DNA of 64,000 bases from an uncultured Pseudomonadota bacterium (GTDB lineage Bacteria > Pseudomonadota > Gammaproteobacteria > Burkholderiales > Usitatibacteraceae). How positions within the stretch are numbered: position 1 is the stretch's first letter; the number at the start of each line of letters is the position of its first letter. The DNA lies in NCBI GenBank assembly GCA_937898635.1, contig CALEJW010000045.1, positions 890 to 64,889 on the forward strand, written 5' to 3'. Positions 49,330 to 57,877 of this stretch are shown here, piece by piece. The notes under the pieces were generated by a model. The model worked only from the letters and a program-made list of their open reading frames with translations. It did not search any database and was not told where the DNA came from. The position numbers and the translations under genes were made by a program.

Positions 49330-50995
49330 GGACGGCCTCGCGCGCCTCGCCGTAGACGCCGGCCCGGAAGGGCGAGAGCCCGATCCGGTGGACGGTGTCC
49401 ACGAAGCGCTCGTCCTCGTGCCGGTGCGCGAGATAGGTCCCGACCAGGCGGGAGATCACCTCGGGCATCTCGGCGGCGCGGAAGGAGGGCCCGATCACCT
49501 GGCCGAGCCTCGCGCCCAGGCCCTGCTCGCCGCCGAGGGACACCTGGTACCACTCGGCCCCGTTCTTGTCGACGCCGAGGATGCCGATGTGGCCGATGTG
49601 GTGGTGGCCGCAGGAGTTCATGCACCCGGAGATGTTCAGGTCGAGCTCGCCGATGTCGTGCAGGTAGTCGAGGTCGTCGAAGCGGCGCTGGATCGCCTCG
49701 GCCACCGGCAGGCTCTTCGCGTTCGCGAGCGAGCAGAAGTCCCCGCCCGGGCAGCAGACGACGTCGGTGAGGAGCCCGATGTTCGGGGTGGCCAGGCCCG
49801 CGGCCCGCGCGCGCCGCCACAGGTCCAGGAGGTCGCGCTCGCGCACGTCGGCGAGGATGAGGTTCTGCTCGTGGGAGACGCGCAGCTCGCCGAAGCTGAA
49901 GCGCTCGGCGAGATCCGCGACGGTCTCCATCTGCGCCGCCGTGAGGTCGCCCGGCGGCACGCCCGTCCTCTTGAGCGAGAGCGTCACCGCGCGGTAGCCG
50001 GGCCGGCGATGGGCGTGCACGTTGCGCCCGGCCCAGCGCGCGAACGCGGGGTCGCCCGCGAGCTGGAAGGCGAGCGCCTGGTCCTCGTCCGAGGGCGGCT
50101 CGTAGGCCGGCGGCGCGAAGTGCGAGCTCACGCGGGCGAGCTCGGCGTCGGTCAGCGTGGACTCGTTGCCGCGCAGGTGGCCCCACTCCGCCTCCACCTG
50201 CGCCCGGAAGGCCTCCACGCCGAGCGCCTTCACGAGGATCTTGATGCGCGCCTTGTAGAGGTTGTCGCGGCGGCCGTGGCGGTTGTACACGCGCAGGATC
50301 GCCTCGAGGTAGGTGAGCATGTCGCGCCAGGGCAGGAACTCGCGCACGACGTGGCCGACGACGGGCGTGCGTCCCATCCCGCCGCCCACGATCACGCGCA
50401 GCCCCAGCTCGCCCGCGCCGTTCCTCGCCGCGTGCAGGCCGATGTCGTGCAGGAGCGTCGCCGCCCGGTCGCTGGCGGCGCCGCTCAGCGCGATCTTGAA
50501 CTTGCGCGGCAGCCCGGCGAATTCCGGGTGCAGCGTCGACCACTGGCGCAGGATCTCCGCGAGGGCGCGCGGATCGACCGCCTCGTCGGGGGCGACGCCC
50601 GCGAAGTGGTCCGTGGTGATGTTGCGGATGCAGTTGCCGCTCGTCTGGATCGCGTGCATCCCGACTTCGGCGAGCTCGGCGAGGATCGCGGGCACCGCGG
50701 CGAGGGCCGGCCAGTTGAACTGCAGGTTCTGGCGCGTCGTGAAGTGCCCGTAGCCGCGGTCGTGCTCGCGCGCGATGCGGGCGAGGCGGCGAAGCTGCGC
50801 GGCCGAGAGGATCCCGTAGGGTATCGCCACCCGGAGCATGGGGGCGTGGCGCTGGATGTAGAGGCCGTTCTGCAGGCGCAGCGGGCGGAAATCGTCCTCC
50901 GACAGGTCCCCGTCGAGGTAGCGCCGCGTCTGGTCGCGGAACTGGGCGACGCGTTGCGCGACGAGGGCGGTGTCGACGGCGTCGTAGCGGTACAT
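49322..50995 (-). CDS. cysI: sulfite reductase hemoprotein (NirA/CysI type, sirohaem-4Fe-4S)
   Basis: RLQNGLYIQR, TTRQNLQFNW and cluster cysteines CCPGGDFCSLA...GCMNSCGHHHIG. 557 aa. Confidence 0.88.
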   Translation of the reverse strand: MYRYDAVDTALVAQRVAQFRDQTRRYLDGDLSEDDFRPLRLQNGLYIQRHAPMLRVAIPYGILSAAQLRRLARIAREHDRGYGHFTTRQNLQFNWPALAAVPAILAELAEVGMHAIQTSGNCIRNITTDHFAGVAPDEAVDPRALAEILRQWSTLHPEFAGLPRKFKIALSGAASDRAATLLHDIGLHAARNGAGELGLRVIVGGGMGRTPVVGHVVREFLPWRDMLTYLEAILRVYNRHGRRDNLYKARIKILVKALGVEAFRAQVEAEWGHLRGNESTLTDAELARVSSHFAPPAYEPPSDEDQALAFQLAGDPAFARWAGRNVHAHRRPGYRAVTLSLKRTGVPPGDLTAAQMETVADLAERFSFGELRVSHEQNLILADVRERDLLDLWRRARAAGLATPNIGLLTDVVCCPGGDFCSLANAKSLPVAEAIQRRFDDLDYLHDIGELDLNISGCMNSCGHHHIGHIGILGVDKNGAEWYQVSLGGEQGLGARLGQVIGPSFRAAEMPEVISRLVGTYLAHRHEDERFVDTVHRIGLSPFRAGVYGEAREAVHA

Positions 50996-51049
50996 GGCGG
51001 TGGGCGCGAACGGGGAAGGGGATCGAGGCGCCCATCGTGGCGGAAAGTC

Positions 51050-51083
51050 ATATCCATGAAAAATATTGAGTTACTATATCCAT
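51050..51083. promoter_or_regulatory. direct repeat ATATCCAT x2 in the AT-rich cysI/cysB divergent control region
   Basis: ATATCCAT at 51050-51057 and 51076-51083 (26-nt phasing). They lie in the only strongly AT-rich stretch of the 111-nt spacer, so they are candidate LysR/CysB half-sites. Confidence 0.35.
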
Positions 51084-51106
51084 ACAAGCAAAGCTTATAA
51101 GAGTCC

Positions 51107-52048
51107 ATGAACCTCCAGCAGCTGCGCTACGTGCGGGAAGTCGCGCGCCGCGGCCTCAACGTGAGCGAGGCCGCGAAGGCGCTGCACACCTCCCAGCCGG
51201 GCGTGTCGCAGCAGGTGCAGGCCTTCGAGCAGGAGCTCGGCGTGGCGGTTTTCGTGCGCACCGGCCGGCGCCTCTCGGCCGTGACCGAGGCGGGCCGCGA
51301 GGTGCTCGACATCGTCGAGCGCGTGCTCGCCGAGCTCGCGAACCTGGGGCGCGTCGGCGAGGAATTCGCGGCCGCCGGGCGCGGCTCGCTCGCGGTTGCC
51401 GTCACCCACACCCAGGCGCGCTACGCCCTGCCGCCCGTGGTGAGCGTCTTCATGAAGCGCTTTCCGAAGGTCCGCCTGAAGCTCCTGCAGGGCAACCCTC
51501 ACCAGCTGGCGCGCTGGGTGCTGGACGGGGAGGCCGACGTCGCCATCGCCACCGAGGCCCTCGACCGCTACGAGGCGCTGGTCACCGTGCCCGGCTACCA
51601 GTGGCATCACGGCGTGGTGGTGCCGTCCCGGCACCCGCTCGCGCGCGCGAAGGCGATCACGCTGGAGGCGATCGCGAAGTTCCCCATCGTCACCTACGAC
51701 GCCACCTTCGCCGGGCGCTCGGCGATCGACGCGGCCTTCGCCCGGCGCGGCCTCGCGCCCGACATCGTGCTCACCGCGCTCGACTCGGACGTGATCAAGT
51801 CCTACGTGAGCCTGGGCCTCGGGGTGGGGCTCGTCTCGTCGGTGGCGTTCGACCGCGCGAAGGACAAGGGGCTCGTCCTGCGTGCCGCGGACCACCTGTT
51901 CCCGGTGCAGACCACGCGGCTCGCCTTCCGCAAGGGCGCCTGGCTGCGCGGCTACACGCAGGAGTTCATCCGGCTCTTCGTGCCCCACCTCTCGCGGGAG
52001 GCCCTCGAAGGGCTCGCCGCGGGGCGCGGCGAGGACTTCTCGATCTAG
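51107..52048 (+). CDS. cysB: LysR-family regulator, CysB/Cbl type
   Basis: MNLQQLRYVREVARRGLNVSEAAKALHTSQPGVSQQVQAFEQELG is the CysB-type HTH. Divergent from cysI. Confidence 0.85.
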   Translation: MNLQQLRYVREVARRGLNVSEAAKALHTSQPGVSQQVQAFEQELGVAVFVRTGRRLSAVTEAGREVLDIVERVLAELANLGRVGEEFAAAGRGSLAVAVTHTQARYALPPVVSVFMKRFPKVRLKLLQGNPHQLARWVLDGEADVAIATEALDRYEALVTVPGYQWHHGVVVPSRHPLARAKAITLEAIAKFPIVTYDATFAGRSAIDAAFARRGLAPDIVLTALDSDVIKSYVSLGLGVGLVSSVAFDRAKDKGLVLRAADHLFPVQTTRLAFRKGAWLRGYTQEFIRLFVPHLSREALEGLAAGRGEDFSI

Positions 52049-52067
52049 GCGGGGAAGGCGCGCGCGC

Positions 52068-52769
52068 TCAGCAGCGCGCCCACTGCGAGCTGTAGGCGGC
52101 GAGCTCGCGCACCACCGCGCGGCCATCAACGGCGGACTTCGCGCGGTCGCCCATCTCGAGCTGCAGGCGGAACCCGAACTTCTCGAAGAAGGTCTCGAAC
52201 ATCTCGCCGCCGAAGGTGCCGACGGCCGAGAGCTCGTCCTTCCCGGGGTCGTGCTCCAGGAGGATCGTCGCGAGCGGCTGCGGGGCGGGTCCCGCGACCA
52301 CGCGCGCCCCGGCGGCCGGGTCGTAGACGCTGCGGTCGGAGCAGCAGGTGATCACCTTGCCGGGACCCGCCACGGGACTCGGCCCGTCGCGGTAGCCGAT
52401 GAAGCTCACCTGCCGCGTGGGGTAGGTGAGCTTGTGCGCGCAGATGGCGGAGTACGAGACCACCGACTTTCCCGGCCCCACGCCGCCTTCCCACCGGTAG
52501 GTGCCGCCGTTTTCGGTGCGCAGGGCGATGCCGCCTGCGGCCGGTCTCTCCAGGCGCAGCAGGAAGCAGGGGGTCGCCGCGAAGGGGTAATCGAAGACGT
52601 AGTTCACGCCCACGCGCAGCGCCTGCGCGCGGATCGGCTGGCCACGCTCGTCGACGAGGAGCGCCCGGCCGTACAGGCGCGCCTTGAGGGCGGCGGCGTC
52701 GGCCGCCGTGGGCAGGGTCGTCGAGGCCGCCGAGGCGGCGCAGAGCTTCACGAAATCGCGGCGTTCCAT
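52068..52769 (-). CDS. Tat-exported Rieske-fold-like protein with non-canonical cluster motifs
   Basis: Twin-arginine signal MERRDFVKLCAASAAS. Box I-like ICAHK. Box II-like ITCCSDRSVYDP, where canonical Rieske proteins have CPCHGSxYD. Confidence 0.55.
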   Translation of the reverse strand: MERRDFVKLCAASAASTTLPTAADAAALKARLYGRALLVDERGQPIRAQALRVGVNYVFDYPFAATPCFLLRLERPAAGGIALRTENGGTYRWEGGVGPGKSVVSYSAICAHKLTYPTRQVSFIGYRDGPSPVAGPGKVITCCSDRSVYDPAAGARVVAGPAPQPLATILLEHDPGKDELSAVGTFGGEMFETFFEKFGFRLQLEMGDRAKSAVDGRAVVRELAAYSSQWARC

Positions 52770-52851
52770 GGGCGCGAAGATAGCAGACTCGCGGCGACCG
52801 CTGGCCTCCGGGGCCCCGCCCGCGATCGACGGGCGGTTCGGGCGGCGGCCA

Positions 52852-55800
52852 CTACGCGCCGTTCGCGACCGGCTTCACGCGGAACCACGCGGCATACAGG
52901 GCGGGCAGGAAGGCCAGCGTGAGCGCCGTGGCCACCACGAGGCCGCCCATGATCGCCACCGCCATCGGCCCGTAGAACTCGCTGCGCGTGAGCGGGATCA
53001 TCGCGAGCACGGCCGCGGCCGCGGTGAGCACGATGGGCCGGAAGCGGCGCACCGTCGCGTCCACGATGGCGTTCCACGGCTCGCTCCCTTCGCGGATGTC
53101 GTGCTCGATCTGGTCGACGAGGATCACGGAGTTCCGCATGATCATCCCGGCGAGCGCGATGGTGCCGAGCATCGCCACGAAGCCGAAGGGAACGCGGAAG
53201 GCGAGGAGCGCCGCGGTCACGCCGATCAACCCGAGCGGCGCGGTGAGCACGACGAGCGCCAGCCGCGAGAAGCTCTGCAGCTGGACCATGAGCGCGGTGA
53301 GCATGGCGAGCACCATCACCGGCGCGACGACGGCGATCGACTTCTGCCCCCTCGCGGAATCCTCGATGGCGCCCCCGGTCTCGATCCGGTAGCCGAAGGG
53401 CAGCTTCGCCCGGAGGGCCGCGAGCTTCGCCTCCACCTGCGTGCTCACCACCGGCGCCTGGATGCCGTCCTGGATGTCCGAGCGCACGGTGACGAGGGGC
53501 AGGCGGTCGCGGCGCCAGTAGAGCCCCTGCTCGAAGCCGGCGGTGAGCTCGGCCACCTGGGCGAGCGGCACGGTGCGCCCGCCGCCGACGGGAACCGCCA
53601 GGTCCTTCAGCAGGCCCACGAGCTGCCGCTCGCGCTCCGCGCCGCGCACCACCACGTCCACCTGCTTGTCCTTCTCCCGCCAGGTGGTCACCGCCTGGCC
53701 CGAGATGACCGTGCCCACGTACTGGGCGAGTTCCTGCGTGGACACGCCGAGCAGCCGCGCGCGCGACTGGTCCACGGTGAGGCGGATCACGCGGCTCGCC
53801 TCGTCCCAGTCGAAGTTCACGTCCCGGGTCCAGGGGTTGGCGCGCATCACGGCCGCCACCTCGTCGGCGATGGCGCGGATCCTCGCCTTGTCCTCGCCCG
53901 TGACGCGGAACTGGACCGGGAAGCCCACGGGCGGGCCGTTCTCGAGGCGGTTCACGCGGCCGCGCAGTTCCGGGAAGTCCGACTCGAAGAGCTCGAGGAG
54001 CCGCCCTCGCACGACCTCGCGCGAGGCGTTGCTCCTCGTGTTCACGATGAACTGGGCGAAGTTCGCGCTCGCGAGCTGCTGGTCGAAGGGCAGGTAGAAG
54101 CGCGGGCTGCCGCTGCCGACGTAGCTCACGAAGTTCTCGATGTTCTCGCGCAGCACGGGCTCGGTCGCGAGGATGCGCTCGAGCCTGCGCACCTGGGCCT
54201 CGGTCGCCCTCACGCTGCTGCCCTCCGCGAGGCGCAGGTCCACGATGAGCTCCGGCCGGCTCGCGGCCGGGAAGAACTGCTGCTGCACGAAGCGGAAGCC
54301 GAAGAGCGAGAGCGCGAAGACGGCGAGCGTGGCGCCGATCACCGTCCAGCGGCGCTCGACGCAGGCCTCGACCGCGCGGCGCAGGCGCCGGTAGAAGGGG
54401 CTCTCGTAGACCGCCGCCTCGTCGGCCGCGCCGCCATGGCGCCGCAGGTCGGGCAGGAGCCGGTAGCCCAGGTAGGGCACGAACACGACGGAGACGACCC
54501 AGGACACCCCGAGCGCGATCGTCACCACCGCGAAGATCGAGAAGGTGTACTCGCCCGTCGCGGAGCGTGCGAGGCCGATGGGCAGGAAGCCGGCGGCCGT
54601 CACGAGGGTCCCCGTGAGCATCGGCATGGCGGTGGAGGTGTAGGCGAAGCTCGCGGCGCGCACGCGCTCCCATCCCTGCTCCATCTTCACGACCATCATC
54701 TCCACCGCGATGATGGCGTCGTCCACGAGCAGGCCCAGCGCGATGATGAGCGCCCCCAGGGAGATCTTGTGCAGGTCGATGCCCGCCTGGTACATGAAGC
54801 CGAAGGTGACCGCGAGCGTGAGCGGGATCGAGAGCGCCACGATGAGCCCGGTGCGCAGCCCCAGGGACAGGAAGCACACCGCGAGGACGATGGCGACCGC
54901 CTCGGCGAGGGCGCGCGTGAACTCGCGCACGGAGCGCTTCACCGTCGCGGGCTGGTCGTTCACGCGGTCGAACTCGAGGCCGACCGGCAGCTGCGCGCGG
55001 ATGCGCTCGAGCTCGCCGTCGAGGGCGCGGCCCAGCGCGATGATGTCGCCGCGCGGGACCATGGAGACGGCGATGCCCAGGGCGTCCCGGCCCAGGAAGC
55101 GCATGCGCGGCTGCGGCGGGTCGGCGAAGCCGCGCGTCACCGTCGCGAAGTCCCCGACGCGGAAGAGGCGGCCGTTGGCGCGCAGCGGGACCGCCTTCAC
55201 GCTCTCCACGGAGTCGAGGGCGCCGCTCACGCGGATGTGGATGCGCTCCGCCGCGGTCTCGAAGCTGCCGGCGGAGGCGACCGCGTTCTGCTGCGCGAGC
55301 GCGGCGAAGACGGCGCGGGGCTCCAGGCCGGAGGTGGCGAGCTTCGCGTTCGCGATCTCCACGCGGATGATCTCTTCCTGCACGCCCAGGAGCTCCACCT
55401 TCGCGACGTCCTTCACCTGGAGCAGCTCGCCGCGGATCCGCTCGGCCGTCTCCTTGAGCTCGGCGTAGGTGAAGCCGTCGCCGGTGAGGGCGTAGATGTT
55501 GCCGAAGGTGTCCCCGAACTCGTCGTTGAAGAAGGGGCCCTGGATCCCCGAGGGGAGCTGGAAGCGGATGTCGCCCACCTTCTTGCGGACCTGGTACCAG
55601 GCGTCCTTGATCTCGTCGGGACGCGAGGAGTCCTTCACGAAGACGAAGACCACCGACTCGCCGGGGCGCGAATAGCTGCGCAGGTGGTCCAGGTGCGGCG
55701 TCTCCTGGAGCTTCTTCTCGATCCGGTCGGTGAGCTGGCGCTCCACCTCGTCGGCCGCGGCCCCCGGCCAGTTCGTGCGCACCACCATCACCCGGAACGT

Positions 55801-55932
55801 GAAGGAGGGATCCTCGGCCTGGCCCAGGCGCAGGTAGGAGCCCACGCCGATGGCCGCGAGGACCAGCATCGCGTAGAGCACCAGCGTCTGGTGCGAAAGG
55901 GCCCACTCGGAGAGGTTGAAGCGCCGGACCAT
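52852..55932 (-). CDS. RND efflux transporter inner-membrane subunit (AcrB family)
   Basis: 1026 aa. N-terminus FNLSEWALSHQTLVLYAMLVLAAIG. 12-TM, two-large-loop layout. ALGLLVDDAIIAVE motif. Confidence 0.93.
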   Translation of the reverse strand: MVRRFNLSEWALSHQTLVLYAMLVLAAIGVGSYLRLGQAEDPSFTFRVMVVRTNWPGAAADEVERQLTDRIEKKLQETPHLDHLRSYSRPGESVVFVFVKDSSRPDEIKDAWYQVRKKVGDIRFQLPSGIQGPFFNDEFGDTFGNIYALTGDGFTYAELKETAERIRGELLQVKDVAKVELLGVQEEIIRVEIANAKLATSGLEPRAVFAALAQQNAVASAGSFETAAERIHIRVSGALDSVESVKAVPLRANGRLFRVGDFATVTRGFADPPQPRMRFLGRDALGIAVSMVPRGDIIALGRALDGELERIRAQLPVGLEFDRVNDQPATVKRSVREFTRALAEAVAIVLAVCFLSLGLRTGLIVALSIPLTLAVTFGFMYQAGIDLHKISLGALIIALGLLVDDAIIAVEMMVVKMEQGWERVRAASFAYTSTAMPMLTGTLVTAAGFLPIGLARSATGEYTFSIFAVVTIALGVSWVVSVVFVPYLGYRLLPDLRRHGGAADEAAVYESPFYRRLRRAVEACVERRWTVIGATLAVFALSLFGFRFVQQQFFPAASRPELIVDLRLAEGSSVRATEAQVRRLERILATEPVLRENIENFVSYVGSGSPRFYLPFDQQLASANFAQFIVNTRSNASREVVRGRLLELFESDFPELRGRVNRLENGPPVGFPVQFRVTGEDKARIRAIADEVAAVMRANPWTRDVNFDWDEASRVIRLTVDQSRARLLGVSTQELAQYVGTVISGQAVTTWREKDKQVDVVVRGAERERQLVGLLKDLAVPVGGGRTVPLAQVAELTAGFEQGLYWRRDRLPLVTVRSDIQDGIQAPVVSTQVEAKLAALRAKLPFGYRIETGGAIEDSARGQKSIAVVAPVMVLAMLTALMVQLQSFSRLALVVLTAPLGLIGVTAALLAFRVPFGFVAMLGTIALAGMIMRNSVILVDQIEHDIREGSEPWNAIVDATVRRFRPIVLTAAAAVLAMIPLTRSEFYGPMAVAIMGGLVVATALTLAFLPALYAAWFRVKPVANGA

Positions 55933-55942
55933 GGGCGGCGCT

Positions 55943-57022
55943 TCAGCGCGCGGAGGGCGCGTCGGCGAGGCGCACCGGCTGGTCCTCGCGCAGCTTGTGC
56001 ACGCCGGCGGTGACGACGGTTTCGCCGGCGGCGAGGCCGCCGAGGATCGTCGCGCCATCCTCGCGGTACTCGCCGAGCTCGACCTTGCGCCGCTTCACCC
56101 GGGAGGTCTTCGGGTCGACGACCCAGACGGCGGCGCCGTCCGGCGCGCGCAGGAGCGCGGTGAGCGGAACCACCACGAGTGTTGCGTCGTCGGACGCGCG
56201 CAGCGCCACGGAAGCGCTCATGCCCACGCGGGCGCCGGGTGGCGTCTTCGCCGCCGAGACGCGCACCTTGAAGGTCCGCGTCACCGGGTCGGCGCCCCCG
56301 GCGATCTCGCGCACGCGGCCGGGGAAGAGCCGGCCGGGGTCGGCCCAGAGGAAGATTGCCACCTCCTGCCCCGGGCGCAGGCGCGCGACCTGGCTCTCCG
56401 GCGCGTCGATCACGACTTCCATCTCCCCGTCGCGCGCGAGGCGCAGGACCGGCTGGCCCGCGGCCACGACCTGGCCGGGTTCGGCGGAAACGGAGACGAC
56501 CACGCCGTCCGCATCGGCGACGAGCGTGGTGTAGGCCTCCTGGTTCGCGGAGATCGCGGCCTGGGACCGGGCCTGCTCGACGCGCGCGCGCGACGCGGAG
56601 AAGGCAGCCTCGCGCGCGTCGTGCGCGGACTGGCTGATGAAACGCCTCGCGAGGAGGTCCGTCGCGCGCTCGTACTCCGCCTGCGCGAGGGCGTGCTCGG
56701 CCTGCGCCGTGGCGAGTTGCGCGCGGGCGGCGTCGGCCGCGAGGGCGGCGTCGCGCGGGTCGAGTCGCGCGAGCGCCTGCCCGCGGGTCACCCGGTTGCC
56801 GGCGTCGGCGAGGCGCGCGGCGATCTTGCCGCCGATCCGGAAGGCGAGGTCCGTTTCCACGCGCGCGCGCAGTTCGCCGGAGTAGACCTCGCGCGTGGAA
56901 GCTGCGCCCGGCGCGACGACGGTCGCGAGGACGGGCCGGACGGGCTCGGCGGTGTCCCGCGGCCCGGAGCACGCGGCGAGCGCGAGGCCCGCGAGGAGGG
57001 CGCCCGGGAGTCGCCGGTTCAT
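55943..57022 (-). CDS. RND efflux periplasmic adaptor (membrane fusion protein)
   Basis: Lipobox LALAACS, coiled-coil region (LAADAARAQLATAQAEHALAQAEYERA) and beta-barrel/MP domains. Its ATG overlaps the TetR stop (ATGA). Confidence 0.9.
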   Translation of the reverse strand: MNRRLPGALLAGLALAACSGPRDTAEPVRPVLATVVAPGAASTREVYSGELRARVETDLAFRIGGKIAARLADAGNRVTRGQALARLDPRDAALAADAARAQLATAQAEHALAQAEYERATDLLARRFISQSAHDAREAAFSASRARVEQARSQAAISANQEAYTTLVADADGVVVSVSAEPGQVVAAGQPVLRLARDGEMEVVIDAPESQVARLRPGQEVAIFLWADPGRLFPGRVREIAGGADPVTRTFKVRVSAAKTPPGARVGMSASVALRASDDATLVVVPLTALLRAPDGAAVWVVDPKTSRVKRRKVELGEYREDGATILGGLAAGETVVTAGVHKLREDQPVRLADAPSAR

Positions 57023-57699
57023 CGCGGCCTCGCTTTCGCGGCCCGATCGCCCGGGCCGGCCGGGAAGCCGGCCCAGAGCGCGCGCAGGGCGCGCTCGATC
57101 TCGCGCTCGTAGTCGCGCCGGAAGAGGGCGAGCTCCGCGCGCTCCATCGCGCTCGCGAAGCGTTCGATGGGGTGCAGGAGCTGCCAGAGGCCGACGATGA
57201 GGCCGTAGCTGTGCTGCAGCAGGGTGACGCCCTCGCCGCGGCGCAGGCCGGGGAAGTGGCGCTCCAGGCCGGCGCCGGCGGTCGCGAGCGCCGCGGCGAC
57301 GCGGACCTTGAACGCCACGGCGGCCTCGGTGGGCACGTCCCGGTCCATGAAGCCGAAGCAGCGGCTGGACAGCGCGAGGTATCCGGGCGCGCGCACGAGC
57401 TTGTCGCGGGTGACGGTCCACACGGCGTCGAAGTCCACGCGGGCCTTGCCCTCGAGGGAGCGCATGAGCGCGCCGAAGAAGTGCTGCAGTTGCCGCTCGT
57501 GCAGCGCGAGCAGCATCTCCTCCTTGCTCGGAAAGTAGAGGTAGACGGTGCCCTTGGCGACGCCGGCGGCGGCCGCGACCTCGGCGACGCTCGCCATGCG
57601 GTCCGGGTGGGCGAGGAACAGGGCGTGGGCGGCGTCGAGCAGGGCGTGGTGGCGCTCGGCCTTGTCCTCGGCCGCGATGGCGCGATGCCTGGATGTCAT
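57019..57699 (-). CDS. TetR-family transcriptional repressor
   Basis: HTH MASVAEVAAAAGVAKGTVYLYFPSKEEM. GAGGG ribosome-binding site 6 nt before ATG 57699. First gene of the efflux operon. Confidence 0.9.
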   Translation of the reverse strand: MTSRHRAIAAEDKAERHHALLDAAHALFLAHPDRMASVAEVAAAAGVAKGTVYLYFPSKEEMLLALHERQLQHFFGALMRSLEGKARVDFDAVWTVTRDKLVRAPGYLALSSRCFGFMDRDVPTEAAVAFKVRVAAALATAGAGLERHFPGLRRGEGVTLLQHSYGLIVGLWQLLHPIERFASAMERAELALFRRDYEREIERALRALWAGFPAGPGDRAAKARPR

Positions 57700-57702
57700 A
57701 AA

Positions 57703-57747
57703 TGACCCTCGGTCAGGTGCTCCGGACGGTAAATGACCGCGGGTCAT
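57703..57747. promoter_or_regulatory. two TetR-type operator palindromes
   Basis: TGACC-CTC-GGTCA (57703-57715) and ATGACC-GCG-GGTCAT (57733-57747). They share the half-site (A)TGACC. Confidence 0.6.
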
Positions 57748-57754
57748 GTGTCAA
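57726..57754 (-). promoter_or_regulatory. promoter of the tetR-adaptor-RND operon
   Basis: Minus strand: consensus TTGACA (57754-57749), 17-nt spacer, TACCGT (57731-57726). The spacer holds 15 of its 17 nt as the second palindrome. Confidence 0.5.
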
Positions 57755-57877
57755 GCCCGGGACGGAATGGCGGTAAGATCGCCTCCGTCGCCGGCGCGTG
57801 CGTCGCACGGACGGCGACATCCGACAAGCCGCACGGCACGTATCCGACGGCACGAATCCAACCTGGGGGCACGAACC

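Noticed and set aside
57700-57747. An alternative TetR start at ATG 57747 (16 extra residues).
   Set aside because: - There is no ribosome-binding site.
- That ATG lies inside the operator palindrome and downstream of the consensus TTGACA.
- ATG 57699 has a GAGGG site at proper spacing.
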